Positions 46,039-56,428 of a stretch of DNA of 64,000 bases are shown here, piece after piece. A model generated the notes under the pieces. That model saw only the letters and a program-made list of their open reading frames with translations. It was not told where the DNA came from and ran no database searches. Position numbers and translations under genes: made by a program. The DNA is from Chloroflexota bacterium (GTDB lineage Bacteria; Chloroflexota; Dehalococcoidia; GIF9; AB-539-J10), in the NCBI GenBank assembly GCA_013388845.1, contig JACAEN010000009.1:13767-77766 (forward strand), in the 5' to 3' direction. How positions within the stretch are numbered: the stretch's first letter is position 1; the number at the start of each line of letters is the position of its first letter.

Positions 46039-46876
46039 CTAAACCTCCTTTCTTATCCCGACTAAGTCGGGATACCCCCGACTTAACAGCACTAAGGCGT
46101 GCCGCAATATCCTGCACTTGGTTGATGACCTCGGGGCTGGCATTGATAAGAGGGAAATTGCCCAGACCAGCTTCTATTATACTCTGGTCGTAGGGAATAA
46201 AGCCCAAGAATTCAAAATCGGGCATGGCCGAAATAAGGAAATCGCTGTCCTGCTCACTGCGAATCTTGTTAGCCACCACTGCGATGTTTTCCAACCCTAT
46301 ATCTTTTGCCAGCTCTCTTATCCTGTAGGCTGTTTCCACGCTTCCTTTACCTGGCTCCACCATAATAATCATCTTATCCACGCCTCTCGCTGTCGCCCGC
46401 CCCAGATGCTCGACCCCGGCCTCCATATCTATTATGACTACTTCATCCCTCCGCAGGAGTATGTGGGCAAGTAAGGCTTCCAGAAAGGCATTTTCAGGGC
46501 AATAACAACCGCTGCCTCCCCTTTTTAACCGGCCCGTCACCATTAGTTTGATTCCGTTGTGCTCCACCCAATACTTTTCCGGTATATCATCGACTCTGGG
46601 ATTTAGTTTGAAGTAAGATGCTGTCTGGCCAGGACGTGCCCCTGTCCGTTCTTCAATCAGGTCGCCCATCTCAGATATCGGGGTTATCCTCTCCGGGTGG
46701 GGAAAGCCGAGTGCAATTGCTAAGGTAGTATTGGGGTCGGCATCTATGGCTAGAACCGAGTAACCAAGCTGGGTAAGCATCGTGGAAAGGAGGGAGGCTA
46801 GCATTGTTTTGCCTACCCCGCCTTTACCACTGATGGCAATTTTCATTCCCAAGCGAGCCATTATATCCTGCCTCAA
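46010..46876 (-). CDS. cooC: CooC/AcsF-type MinD-family ATPase (Ni-insertion accessory protein of CODH/ACS)
   Basis: Deviant Walker A ISGKGGVGKT. About 260 aa. Adjacent to fhs-folD. Confidence 0.65.
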   Translation of the reverse strand: MRQDIMARLGMKIAISGKGGVGKTMLASLLSTMLTQLGYSVLAIDADPNTTLAIALGFPHPERITPISEMGDLIEERTGARPGQTASYFKLNPRVDDIPEKYWVEHNGIKLMVTGRLKRGGSGCYCPENAFLEALLAHILLRRDEVVIIDMEAGVEHLGRATARGVDKMIIMVEPGKGSVETAYRIRELAKDIGLENIAVVANKIRSEQDSDFLISAMPDFEFLGFIPYDQSIIEAGLGNFPLINASPEVINQVQDIAARLSAVKSGVSRLSRDKKGGLDDGKDNFGK

Positions 46877-47030
46877 TAAGAGAAATCAAGACCGAGACAA
46901 CTATTATTCTGCCTGAGTACGCAGTTTGCCCGCAGAAAGCGAACGATGATAGAATGCCATATCAAGGCTGCAGTAGCCGATCTGCTCGGTTCATCTGGAT
47001 GCTGTGTGTGCTTTTTTGAAAGGAGGTGAT

Positions 47031-47714
47031 ATGGCGTACGGATATGAGATAAATGAACTGGCCAAGGAAGAATCTTGGCGGATGTTTCGCATAATAGGCG
47101 AGTTTGTAGAAGGCTTTGATAAGCTCTCTGGTATCGAGCCGGCAGTGACCATATATGGTTCGTCTAGATTGGCAGTGGATGACGAGCTATATGCGGAGAC
47201 GGAAGAAATAGCCTATCGGCTGGGACAGTTGGGCTTCTCAATTGTAACTGGTGGGGGGCCGGGCGTAATGGAGGCAGCCAATAAAGGGGCGCTCAAGGCT
47301 GGGGTGACATCGGTCGGGCTGAATATCTCGCTTCCCGAGGAACAGGCCTGTAATGCCTACAGCACAAGGTCGATAACGTTTAATCATTTCTTTACTCGGA
47401 AAGTCATGCTGGTGAAATATGCTGTGGCCTTTGTCATAATGCCCGGTGGGTTAGGCACCCTTGACGAACTGACAGAGGTGCTAAACCTGATGCAGACCCA
47501 CAAGATAAAACCTTTTCCCGTGGTACTGTATGACAGCGAATTTTGGAAGGGATTTCTGGATTGGTTGCGGAACCCCGTCTTATCTAGGAAATTTATCTCT
47601 GAGGGTGATTTCGACCTATTGAGAGTCTTGGATCGTCCTGATGAGGTAGTTGAGACTATCCAGAGGTGGTATGTTGGGCATGAGGTTATTGGCAGAAAAG
47701 CCCTGCTCAGGTAA
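47031..47714 (+). CDS. LOG-family protein (TIGR00730 Rossmann fold; cytokinin riboside 5'-monophosphate phosphoribohydrolase-like). Start at MAYGYE, preceded by AAGGAGGTGA.
   Basis: ...VTGGGPGVMEAANKGA... and PGGLGTLDEL motifs. Confidence 0.8.
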   Translation: MAYGYEINELAKEESWRMFRIIGEFVEGFDKLSGIEPAVTIYGSSRLAVDDELYAETEEIAYRLGQLGFSIVTGGGPGVMEAANKGALKAGVTSVGLNISLPEEQACNAYSTRSITFNHFFTRKVMLVKYAVAFVIMPGGLGTLDELTEVLNLMQTHKIKPFPVVLYDSEFWKGFLDWLRNPVLSRKFISEGDFDLLRVLDRPDEVVETIQRWYVGHEVIGRKALLR

Positions 47715-47772
47715 ATACCGATCTACTGTAATTATTCTGCCACCATAGAGAAGGCCAACGTAAGGTCTGATA

Positions 47773-48591
47773 TTGGGTGATTGCCCAAGACGTGATAAAA
47801 TCGTGGGAACTTCACAGGTGGAAGCTACAACCTTCAGTTATATAAGTAAGCATAAACGTTTCTGGGAGATAGACGTCGTACGCACTGTCGCTGTATTGAT
47901 AATGATAGTCTTCGACGTGCTCTATGTCCTTGCCTACCTTCGTATCCAAAACACTGGGGTACCCGGCCCATATCAGGGGTTCTGGTGGTGGATGGCCAGA
48001 GTGAATGCCAGCGTTTTTATGTTCCTTGCCGGGGTATCACTTACGATCAGCCAGGCTAGAACATCCAAGAGGATGTCGAGCTTCATGCTCCGAGGTCTGA
48101 AAATATTGGGATGGGGCATGATGATTACTTTGCTTACATGGCTAATCGCCCCCGATGAATATGTGCGATTCGGCATACTCCACTTCTTCGGGATTGCGTT
48201 CATAGTTGCGCCTTTCTTTTTAGGATTCCGCTACGTTAACTTGATAGTGGGGGTTGCGCTGCTGGCGGCAGGCATTTATCTGCTGGAACAGGGGGTCTTT
48301 GTTGACCTTCCTTGGCTACTCTGGCTACTACCATACAGATTTGTGACGTTGGATTACTGGCCGCTGGTGCCCTGGTTTGGCGTTTTTCTTCTGGGAATGT
48401 TTGGCGGCAAAATGCTATATCCGCAAGGGAATAGGCGATTTCATATTCCTGAATTCAGCCACTCTGTTGTCTCAGCGCTGACCTTTCCGGGAAGACATCC
48501 TCTGGCGATGTACATTGCGCACTGGCCGATACTTATCGGTATCATGTTTGCCCTGTACCCCGACAAGATACTCCCCTATCTTCCATTCTAA
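47773..48591 (+). CDS. DUF1624 / acyltransferase-like integral membrane protein
   Basis: Multi-TM protein. EIDVVRTVAVLIMIVFD matches the DxxRGxAxxxM signature. Confidence 0.5.
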   Translation: MGDCPRRDKIVGTSQVEATTFSYISKHKRFWEIDVVRTVAVLIMIVFDVLYVLAYLRIQNTGVPGPYQGFWWWMARVNASVFMFLAGVSLTISQARTSKRMSSFMLRGLKILGWGMMITLLTWLIAPDEYVRFGILHFFGIAFIVAPFFLGFRYVNLIVGVALLAAGIYLLEQGVFVDLPWLLWLLPYRFVTLDYWPLVPWFGVFLLGMFGGKMLYPQGNRRFHIPEFSHSVVSALTFPGRHPLAMYIAHWPILIGIMFALYPDKILPYLPF

Positions 48592-48617
48592 GCACAGCGC
48601 ATAACTGTGCCGTCGCC

Positions 48618-49247
48618 CTAGCAATTGGTAAAAAGGATCATCATGCCGTAGATACCGAAGTGGATAATGAAACAAGGCAAAAAAGACCTTGTTCTGTATG
48701 CTACGTAACCAAAAATAAAGCCGCCGGGGATGCAAGCCAGCGTCTCTAGAAAAGGCTTCCCAAGATGAAGCAAAACAAAAGGAATGGTTTGCACGAAGAT
48801 AGCACTTTTGCCTATCGATTTTTCCAGCCCAAATAGCATATATCCGCGGAACACAAATTCCCAAGCAAACATGTATAGTGCGGCATCAAGCAGAAATTTT
48901 GGCCAGTATATGTAATTCATGTGGTAGTAACGGTAAAAGTCGGGGCTTTTGCTGACTGCGTACAGAATCGCGGCCATAGCAGCCAGGCAGATTGGAATTA
49001 TGATTGTCGACTCTTTCCAGCGGCCAATGCGCATGCCATAATTCCAAGGCTTATCCTGAAAAAGCAGCCAGCCCGCCGCCAGCGGGATCAGCAAATAATA
49101 AATGAGCTCCGTTGCGCGGGGAAAATCGATGTTTAAAGGATAGTAATATTCCAGAACTAATACCAGTGTGGATATGCTGACCACCGCAATGAGGTTTAGG
49201 TCATAGCCACATAGTATCCTGTTTTTGATATACTCGGGCATTCCCAT
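48618..49247 (-). CDS. CPBP-family (CAAX protease/Abi) intramembrane metalloprotease
   Basis: EExxxR-like WEFVFRGY, FxxxH (VLLHLGKP) and HxxxN-like IIHFGIY motifs in a 6-TM protein. Confidence 0.7.
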   Translation of the reverse strand: MGMPEYIKNRILCGYDLNLIAVVSISTLVLVLEYYYPLNIDFPRATELIYYLLIPLAAGWLLFQDKPWNYGMRIGRWKESTIIIPICLAAMAAILYAVSKSPDFYRYYHMNYIYWPKFLLDAALYMFAWEFVFRGYMLFGLEKSIGKSAIFVQTIPFVLLHLGKPFLETLACIPGGFIFGYVAYRTRSFLPCFIIHFGIYGMMILFTNC

Positions 49248-49453
49248 TGCAGTGGGTTACACCTTATTTATTAATCCACGATTCTCGGGTGCCTTCTAAT
49301 GGCCTTAGTGTACCACAATCTGAGGAAAACACTTGACAGTATGGGGGTGATGTGGGAAATATTATAAGCTAAAGATTTTGGGAAACTCTACTGTTTCATT
49401 TGATGGTTAGATATAATAGCATCGGTTACTAATGTCAAGGGAGGCATACAAGG

Positions 49454-51601
49454 ATGGCAAAAACTCGGATAGTAAAAAGCGTGTGTGGGCTGTGCGTGGG
49501 TAATTGTGGTGTGTTGGTTACTTTAGAAAACGGCAAGGCGGTTGACATAAAAGGAGACCCCAATAGTCCATTAAACCGAGGTGCGTTATGTCCCATAGGT
49601 CGGGCCTCTTTGGAATATCTTTATCACCCCGACCGGTTAACTCATCCCTTGAGAAGAGTTGGTGCCAGGGGCGAAGGTAAGTGGCAGCAAATATCGTGGG
49701 ACGAAGCACTCAATGTGACGGCTGAGGCCCTGAATAAAGTGAAGCAGGAATATAGCCCAGAGGCAGTAATGATGGTGCAAGGGTCGGCAAAGGGCTCAAT
49801 GGACACCCATCTGGTGCGGTTGGCTAATGCCTTTGGCACGCCCAATGTGGTCTGCGCTGAGTACGTTTGTCATATGCCAAGAGTGGTGGCTGCTGAATTG
49901 ACCTTTGGCTTCTTCCCCGGTGCTGACTATGGATACCCGCCGGCCTGTGTTATATCTTGGGGTGCCAACGACGCTGAGACGCATTTTTCCAGACACAAAG
50001 GCCTTGTCCAGGCAGTGAAGAAAGGGGCAAAGCTGATTGCCATAGACCCCTGGGAAACAGAGGCTACTAAGATGGCAGACCTCTGGCTGCGAGTCAGACC
50101 AGGCTCAGACTTGGCCCTGGCTCTGGCGATGATAGATGTAATAGTCAACGAGGGGCTTTATGATGAAGATTTCGTGGATAAGTGGACGGTTGGTTTTGAT
50201 AAGCTTAGGGGCCATGTTCAGGACTATCGCCCCGAGAAGGTGGCGGAAATAACTTGGGTTCCAGCAGACCAAATTGTAAAGGCAGCCAGATTGTATGCCA
50301 CCACCAGGCCGGGGCATATAGAGTGGGGTAATGCTCTTGACCACAACGTGAATAGCTTTCAAGCCTCCCGTGCTATCTCCATCCTGATGGCCATAACTGG
50401 TAACCTGGGCGTGCCCGGCGGAGAAATAGAATCACGTGGCTCGGGCTACCGTTTTGGAGATTCTGAGTCCTCAGAGAGTGGTGTTTTAGGGCGATGGTCG
50501 TCTCAAATGGAACTTCGCAATATGATACCGAGGGAGAAACGACAAAATAGACTGGGAGCCGACTTAAATATGTTACCAGATGTGCGCTATGTTCTCCCTC
50601 ACTCCGTCATAAAGTCTATTTTGAAAGGAGAACCTTATCGTATTCGCGCCGCTTTTGTTCAGGCATCCAATCCTCTGTCCTGCTGGCCTAATGCTCAGGA
50701 GGCGTACCAGGCATTCCAGAGGCTAGATTTTCTAGCTGTATCTGATATGTTTATGACGCCGACAGCGGCTTTAGCTGACATACTGTTTCCGGTAGCCAGC
50801 TATCTCGAGTTTGATGGTGTTCAGATGCCGCCAAATGGCGCGGTGGTTCAAGTTCAGCGCAAGGTTGCCCAGATTGGCGAGTGCCGTTCGGATCATGAGA
50901 TCATAAATGAGCTGGCAAAAAGGCTGGGGCTGGCAGAGTATTTTTGGGATAGTATTGATGCTTTTTGGGATGCGATTTTGGAACCAGTAGGCTTGACGTT
51001 TAGGGAGTTCAAGAAAATAGGTCTGTTTATTGGTAAAGAGAAACAGCCCAACAAGTACCGAAAATACGAACAAAATGGTTTTCGAACACCTTCAGGCAAG
51101 GTGGAGTTATATTCCAGCCGGCTGAAAGAGTGGGGATTTGACCCCTTACCCGTCTACTATGAGCCGCCTGAGACACCTTATAGCGACCCTGAACTGGCTA
51201 AAGAGTATCCGTTAGTATTTATCACTTGGAAATGGAAACCCTACCGCCACAGCGGAGGTCGGCAAATAGCTTCTTTACGAAATAGCCACCCCGAGCCAAT
51301 TATTATGATTCACCCCGAAACGGCAAATAAACTGGGAATAAAGGAGGGCGACTGGGTATACATTGAGACCAGGAGAGGTCGGATAAGACAGAAAGCTACT
51401 TTAACCGCCGGTATTGATCCCAGGGTAGTCGGCGTTGATTATGGTTGGTGGTTTCCTGAGAAAGGGCTATCTGAACTATATGGTTGGGCAGAATCCAATG
51501 TTAACATTCTGACAAATGATAAGCCACCATTTAACCGGGAGATGGGGTCTGCTAATTTAAGGGGTTTTCTGTGCAAGGTCTACCCCGATAAATCGGGGTA
51601 A
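49454..51601 (+). CDS. Molybdopterin (bis-MGD) oxidoreductase-family catalytic subunit with an N-terminal 4Fe-4S motif
   Basis: CGLCVGNCGV...C motif, then molybdopterin oxidoreductase and dinucleotide-binding blocks. 715 aa. No twin-arginine signal. Confidence 0.75.
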   Translation: MAKTRIVKSVCGLCVGNCGVLVTLENGKAVDIKGDPNSPLNRGALCPIGRASLEYLYHPDRLTHPLRRVGARGEGKWQQISWDEALNVTAEALNKVKQEYSPEAVMMVQGSAKGSMDTHLVRLANAFGTPNVVCAEYVCHMPRVVAAELTFGFFPGADYGYPPACVISWGANDAETHFSRHKGLVQAVKKGAKLIAIDPWETEATKMADLWLRVRPGSDLALALAMIDVIVNEGLYDEDFVDKWTVGFDKLRGHVQDYRPEKVAEITWVPADQIVKAARLYATTRPGHIEWGNALDHNVNSFQASRAISILMAITGNLGVPGGEIESRGSGYRFGDSESSESGVLGRWSSQMELRNMIPREKRQNRLGADLNMLPDVRYVLPHSVIKSILKGEPYRIRAAFVQASNPLSCWPNAQEAYQAFQRLDFLAVSDMFMTPTAALADILFPVASYLEFDGVQMPPNGAVVQVQRKVAQIGECRSDHEIINELAKRLGLAEYFWDSIDAFWDAILEPVGLTFREFKKIGLFIGKEKQPNKYRKYEQNGFRTPSGKVELYSSRLKEWGFDPLPVYYEPPETPYSDPELAKEYPLVFITWKWKPYRHSGGRQIASLRNSHPEPIIMIHPETANKLGIKEGDWVYIETRRGRIRQKATLTAGIDPRVVGVDYGWWFPEKGLSELYGWAESNVNILTNDKPPFNREMGSANLRGFLCKVYPDKSG

Positions 51602-51846
51602 CGCTGAGCAGGTTAGTTACAAGAGGGGAGGGCGAAGTTTGTCTCTAGGTCATGCCAGGAAGCCATGAGTGAGAGGCAGCGGGTGGTTTGAAACGTAGCC
51701 CTTCCTTAAACCTTCATGAAGGTCCTGTGTTATAGGCATTCGAGCGCCATATTCCCTCTACGGCCGCTCAGATTTCATAGGAATTATCGCAGGCGTGGAA
51801 AACAAGGGTATAATTAAACAAAGAAAGGAAGGAGGCGGGTAAAGGC

Positions 51847-53574
51847 ATGAAAAACAGCGAGGTGGCTAAGGTATTTCAGGACATTGCTGACCTTCTGGAA
51901 CTTAAAGGAGAGAATGTCTTTAAGATTCGCGCTTATCAGAAGGCAGCCCGGGCTATCGAGCACTACCCCCGAGAATTAAAGGTTATGATTGATGAAGGGG
52001 AGGACTTACGGAGTATTCCCGGTGTGGGTGAGGCAATAGCTAAGAAGGCTACCGAATTGATAACAACGGGCAAGCTTGGCTATTATGAGAATCTGAAGGC
52101 TGAGTTTCCTCAGGGAATAACTAATCTCCTGGCTATTCCCGGGATTGGTCCTAAGACGGCTAATAAGCTTTCCAGCGAATTGGGGATAAGCTCGGTAGAT
52201 GAGCTGGAGCGTGCGATTAAGGAAGGCAAAGTAGCCAAACTTTTCCGCCTTGGCGATAAGACTGCTGAGAATATGCTTCGGCAGATTCAAGCCCTGCGCC
52301 GCAAAGACCAGCGCATCCCCATCGGCGAAGCTTTACCTATTGTAGAGGAAATCTTAGCTGCTCTCCACTCTGTCCCTGGCGTAAGAAATCTCACTGCCGC
52401 TGGCAGCTTGCGGCGCTTTCGGGAAACAGTGGGCGATATTGACCTCATGGGCACTGCTGATAACCCTAAAGAAGTTATAGATGCTTTTGTTGCCTTACCC
52501 CAGATAGCTCAGGTGCTAGCTCAAGGGTCGACTAAAGCCAGTGCCATTGTCAGCAATGGACTGCAGGTTGACTTAAGGATGGTCGAGCATGACTCCTTCG
52601 GTTCTTTGCTTCAATACTTTACTGGCAGCAAACAGCACAACATTTCCCTGAGGGAAAGAGGGCGAAAGCAGGGGTTGAAGCTAAGTGAATATGGGATAAC
52701 TGTTGTAGCCACAGACAAGCTGGAAAAATTTTCTCTAGAGAAGGAGTTCTATAGTCGGCTGGGGCTTCAGTATATCCCACCGGAACTCAGAGAAGCTCAG
52801 GGTGAAATAGAAAAGGCTGAGCAAGGAGCTATACCCAAGCTTGTGGAGTTATCTGACATAAAAGGAGACCTTCATGTGCATACTGAATGGAGCGATGGAC
52901 ATGATTCCATTGAAGAAATGGCTCGGGCTGCTAAAGATGCGGGCTATCAATATATTGCAATCACGGAGCATTCCGCTGGGCGTGGTATTGCTCATGGTCT
53001 CGATGTGGAGAGGCTGAGGAAGCAAGTTGCTGAAATCAAAGCTCTTAACAAGCGTTTAATTGAAATTCATGTGCTCACGGGCGTTGAGGTTGATATTCGG
53101 GCGGATGGTAACTTAGATATGCCACAGGAGGTTCTATCTGAATTGGATATAGTGATTGCTGGTGTGCATTCCGCCATGAACCAAAGTGAGGAAAAGATGA
53201 CCCGCAGAGTAATAAACGCCATAGAAAACCCCGATGTTGACATGATTGCCCACCCTACTTGCCGCCTTATAGGGGAACGCGAGCCCATAGCCATAGACTT
53301 AGAAGCCCTCTTCCAGGCGGCAGCCAAGCATCGTAAGATTATGGAGATTAGCGCCATGCCTGAGCGCCTTGATTTAAGAGATACTCATGCTTTCCGTGCC
53401 CGAGAATCGGGGGTGAAGCTCGCTATCGGGACCGATGCCCATAGCGTTGCTCATCTGAGCTTTATGCGGTTCGGGGTTGGTGTGGCTCGGCGGGCTTGGT
53501 GTGAGCCGCAGCATATATTAAATACTTTGCCCCTAGCAGAATTGCTTGCCATTTTAAGTAAGAATGCGGCGTGA
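51847..53574 (+). CDS. polX: DNA polymerase X family protein (Pol-beta-like domain + PHP phosphoesterase domain)
   Basis: HhH motifs (IPGVGEAIAKK; IPGIGPKTA) and PHP motifs (HVHTEWSDG...ITEHS). Confidence 0.85.
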   Translation: MKNSEVAKVFQDIADLLELKGENVFKIRAYQKAARAIEHYPRELKVMIDEGEDLRSIPGVGEAIAKKATELITTGKLGYYENLKAEFPQGITNLLAIPGIGPKTANKLSSELGISSVDELERAIKEGKVAKLFRLGDKTAENMLRQIQALRRKDQRIPIGEALPIVEEILAALHSVPGVRNLTAAGSLRRFRETVGDIDLMGTADNPKEVIDAFVALPQIAQVLAQGSTKASAIVSNGLQVDLRMVEHDSFGSLLQYFTGSKQHNISLRERGRKQGLKLSEYGITVVATDKLEKFSLEKEFYSRLGLQYIPPELREAQGEIEKAEQGAIPKLVELSDIKGDLHVHTEWSDGHDSIEEMARAAKDAGYQYIAITEHSAGRGIAHGLDVERLRKQVAEIKALNKRLIEIHVLTGVEVDIRADGNLDMPQEVLSELDIVIAGVHSAMNQSEEKMTRRVINAIENPDVDMIAHPTCRLIGEREPIAIDLEALFQAAAKHRKIMEISAMPERLDLRDTHAFRARESGVKLAIGTDAHSVAHLSFMRFGVGVARRAWCEPQHILNTLPLAELLAILSKNAA

Positions 53575-53580
53575 GATTGT

Positions 53581-54729
53581 GTGGCAACACTTTGGGGTAG
53601 GTCAGATTTTAGGTGCTCTAACTTGCCTCCTCTACTTTTCAGCCGACTATTGCCGAAGTTTGGCGCTGGTGGTAAATTTGATGTCAGCGTGAATGAATAT
53701 AGGCCGAAGATAAACCTGCGTCGGTCGGCCCTCTTGATGGTTCTCGCTATCGGCCTCATGATACTGGCGGGATGGCTTCTGGCTCGTGAAAACTTTTATC
53801 AGATGCTGGGAGCCGTCAGAACTGCTAACCCCGTGTTCATAGTAGTAGCCATAGCCGTATATTTCTTCAGCGTGGGGATTTGGGCCATCCGCTGGCAAAA
53901 GGCGTTATCTTTCATAAACTGCGAAACAAGTTTCAGTGCTCGCTATCTGATACTTTGTGCCACCATTTTCTTTAATAATATCACTCCTGGTGCACGTGTT
54001 GGTGGCGACCCGTTCGGCAGAGTTTACATGCTGCATAAGCTGGAGAATACGAGCTATTCGTCAGGTATGGCTTCATCGATTGGTGAGCACGCTCTTACTC
54101 CCTTGGTTATTGTCTCGTTCTTAATAGCAGGCTTGTTTTTGCAATTTGGCAAGACGTCACTTCGGTTAGGTTTAGTTCTCATACTAGCATTGATTTTTGC
54201 CGCTTTCGGAATAGTCTTTATTCCCCGTGTGTTTTTCAAAAGAAAGATTGCGGTCAAACGTATAAGTAAGATTACAAACCGTGTTCTCGGTTGGTTTGGA
54301 AAGGGGGGAAGTGTTGAAGAAATAATGGGAGGGATTGAGGCTTTCTATACAAGTTCTTATTCCACGATAGATAAATGGAGGAAGATATTTTGGATAGGAC
54401 TGTTCACACTAGTAATCGGAGCGCTTGATGTTTTTCGGCTTTACATTATATTTCTAGCCTTGGGTTATTATCCTAAATTATCCATGCTTTTGGTTGCGTC
54501 TGCACTACCGACTATCGTTGGCCTTATTCCATTTCTACCAGGAGGATTAGTGATTGTGGAAGGGTCATTAATCTCGATTTTTGCCCTTTTTGGTGTTCCT
54601 CTGAATTTGGCAATAGCAGCTACAGCAATCGAGCGGGGAATCTCGTTTGTGCTTAGCACCATAGTAGGGGCTGGAGTCTTCTCCTATCTGGGAGTCAAGA
54701 TGGCAGCAAAACCTGGAGTTCGCAGCTAA
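53581..54729 (+). CDS. UPF0104 / lysylphosphatidylglycerol-synthase-TM-like flippase-like membrane protein. Start uncertain.
   Basis: 8-10 TM helices with the typical ...IRWQKAL... block. Confidence 0.5.
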   Translation: MATLWGRSDFRCSNLPPLLFSRLLPKFGAGGKFDVSVNEYRPKINLRRSALLMVLAIGLMILAGWLLARENFYQMLGAVRTANPVFIVVAIAVYFFSVGIWAIRWQKALSFINCETSFSARYLILCATIFFNNITPGARVGGDPFGRVYMLHKLENTSYSSGMASSIGEHALTPLVIVSFLIAGLFLQFGKTSLRLGLVLILALIFAAFGIVFIPRVFFKRKIAVKRISKITNRVLGWFGKGGSVEEIMGGIEAFYTSSYSTIDKWRKIFWIGLFTLVIGALDVFRLYIIFLALGYYPKLSMLLVASALPTIVGLIPFLPGGLVIVEGSLISIFALFGVPLNLAIAATAIERGISFVLSTIVGAGVFSYLGVKMAAKPGVRS

Positions 54730-54735
54730 GTCAAG

Positions 54736-55854
54736 ATGCGCGTAGCATTGGTTGGTGACGAGTATTATCCTGACAAAGGCGGTGCTGCCCGTTATGCCTT
54801 TGAGTTAAGCCTTCAGTTGGTTAAGCTAGGTATAGAAGCCGTGGTGATCACGCATGCGCATCTCGGCCAACCTGAAGAGGAGGAAATTGCTGGGGTTAGA
54901 ATCAAACGAGTGCAAGGCTTCGTGCTAAGTCACCCGCACCGTGCTGCCTCGCTGCTTCTTTTTCGCCGCTGCCATAAATATATCTTGGATACGGGTTTCG
55001 ACGTCATCCATGGGTTGGATATTTATTCCACTATGGCGCAAGCGGCGATTAGCTTTGCACACAAACACCGAATCCCTTGCGTCATAACCTGCCACACAGC
55101 CATGGACTCGCCCCTTTTGACATTTCTGCAACGCTTCATAGGCTTGGCACCCAGGAAGGCTGATCGCCTAATAGCTGTAAGTCAGGCATCGGCGCGATTT
55201 GCCCGTTCGTTGGGCTTTCCCGAAAAAAGAATAACTGTTGTTTACAACGGTGTTGACCTATCGTGCTTCAATAGGGAAGTAGACAGTTCCCTAATGCGAA
55301 AGGAATTGGGTATTGGTGACGAGCCTCTTATAGCGACAGCATCGCGTCTGATCAATAGGAAAAGCCCTGGTCTGCTCATCTCGGCCTTTGCCAGGGTCTT
55401 AGAAGTCGTTCCAGATGCCAAGCTGGTTATCGCTGGTTCCGGTCGAGAAGAGAATAATCTGTCTCGCCAGATCAAGGATTTGAACATCGCCAGTTCGGTA
55501 TTCCTGGTGGGGGAACTGCCAAAGGAAAAAGTCGCTCAGCTCATGGCAGCAGCTGATGTTTTTGCTTTACCCTCTAAGATAGAATCCTTTGGACTGGCAC
55601 TGCTGGAAGCTTCGGCTGCCGGTGTGCCAGTAATATGCTCAAACTCAGGTGGAGTTCCCGAAGTTTTCCAAGACGGTTTCAATGCGCTCTTGTATCCCCC
55701 GGGAGATGACGAAGCTATGGCGCAGGCAATAATTCGTCTCCTTCAGGATAAAGAGCTGGCAAAAACGATTGGCGCAAACGCCGTGCAAACCGCCAGTAGA
55801 TTCATTTGGGAAACGACCGCCAGGCAGACAATCCGAGTTTACGAAGAATTGTGA
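54736..55854 (+). CDS. Glycosyltransferase family 4 (GT-B)
   Basis: C-terminal E-x7-E region ...LPSKIESFGLALLEASAAGVPVICSNSGG... Confidence 0.8.
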   Translation: MRVALVGDEYYPDKGGAARYAFELSLQLVKLGIEAVVITHAHLGQPEEEEIAGVRIKRVQGFVLSHPHRAASLLLFRRCHKYILDTGFDVIHGLDIYSTMAQAAISFAHKHRIPCVITCHTAMDSPLLTFLQRFIGLAPRKADRLIAVSQASARFARSLGFPEKRITVVYNGVDLSCFNREVDSSLMRKELGIGDEPLIATASRLINRKSPGLLISAFARVLEVVPDAKLVIAGSGREENNLSRQIKDLNIASSVFLVGELPKEKVAQLMAAADVFALPSKIESFGLALLEASAAGVPVICSNSGGVPEVFQDGFNALLYPPGDDEAMAQAIIRLLQDKELAKTIGANAVQTASRFIWETTARQTIRVYEEL

Positions 55855-55990
55855 CAAGAAAATGGCTCAAGTTGCTCTCACCATTGACGTTGGGCATACA
55901 AACATAACCTATAGAATCAAGTCTAGATTCTGGCTGGCTAAGTCGCTAAAGACATCGGCTATCCTATCTCGGAGGTGTATAAAACGTAGT

Positions 55991-56428
55991 CTACTCACCT
56001 AATATCTGAATAGTAATCTTTCTGGATCTGGGGCGATTATCAAAATCCACGAAAACTATCTGCTGCCAGGTGCCCAGAGTTAACCTCTTGTTAACAAAGG
56101 GTATTACTAGTGAAGCTCCCAAGACAGAAGCGCGCACATGGGAATGACCATTCCCCTCCCCCCAGGTTCTATTATGCTCATAAGGAATATTCTGGGGTAT
56201 CACCCTATCCCACATATTTTTAAAATCGGAAAGTAGATTTGGCTCATACTCTATGGTGGTTATCCCGGCTGTTGAACCGACTGTGAACAAAGTGACTATT
56301 CCATTAGCAACACCAGATTCCTCGACAGTCTTTCCCACTTGAGGGGTTATGTCGATAATATCGCAATTACCCATTGATTTAAGGGAGATGTCTTTAGTGA
56401 TTACGGTCATATCTTTACCTCCTGCCAA
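55991..56428 (-). CDS. YjbQ/UPF0047-family protein
   Basis: 145 aa. ...GIVTLFTVGSTAGITTIE...RTWGEGNGHSH... matches the YjbQ fold signature. Confidence 0.6.
   Translation of the reverse strand: MAGGKDMTVITKDISLKSMGNCDIIDITPQVGKTVEESGVANGIVTLFTVGSTAGITTIEYEPNLLSDFKNMWDRVIPQNIPYEHNRTWGEGNGHSHVRASVLGASLVIPFVNKRLTLGTWQQIVFVDFDNRPRSRKITIQILGE

Noticed and set aside
49250-49453. TTGACA ... TATTAT promoter upstream of the molybdopterin oxidoreductase gene
   Set aside because: The spacing between the candidate -35 and any -10-like hexamer is 23 nt or irregular. Not reported as a feature.
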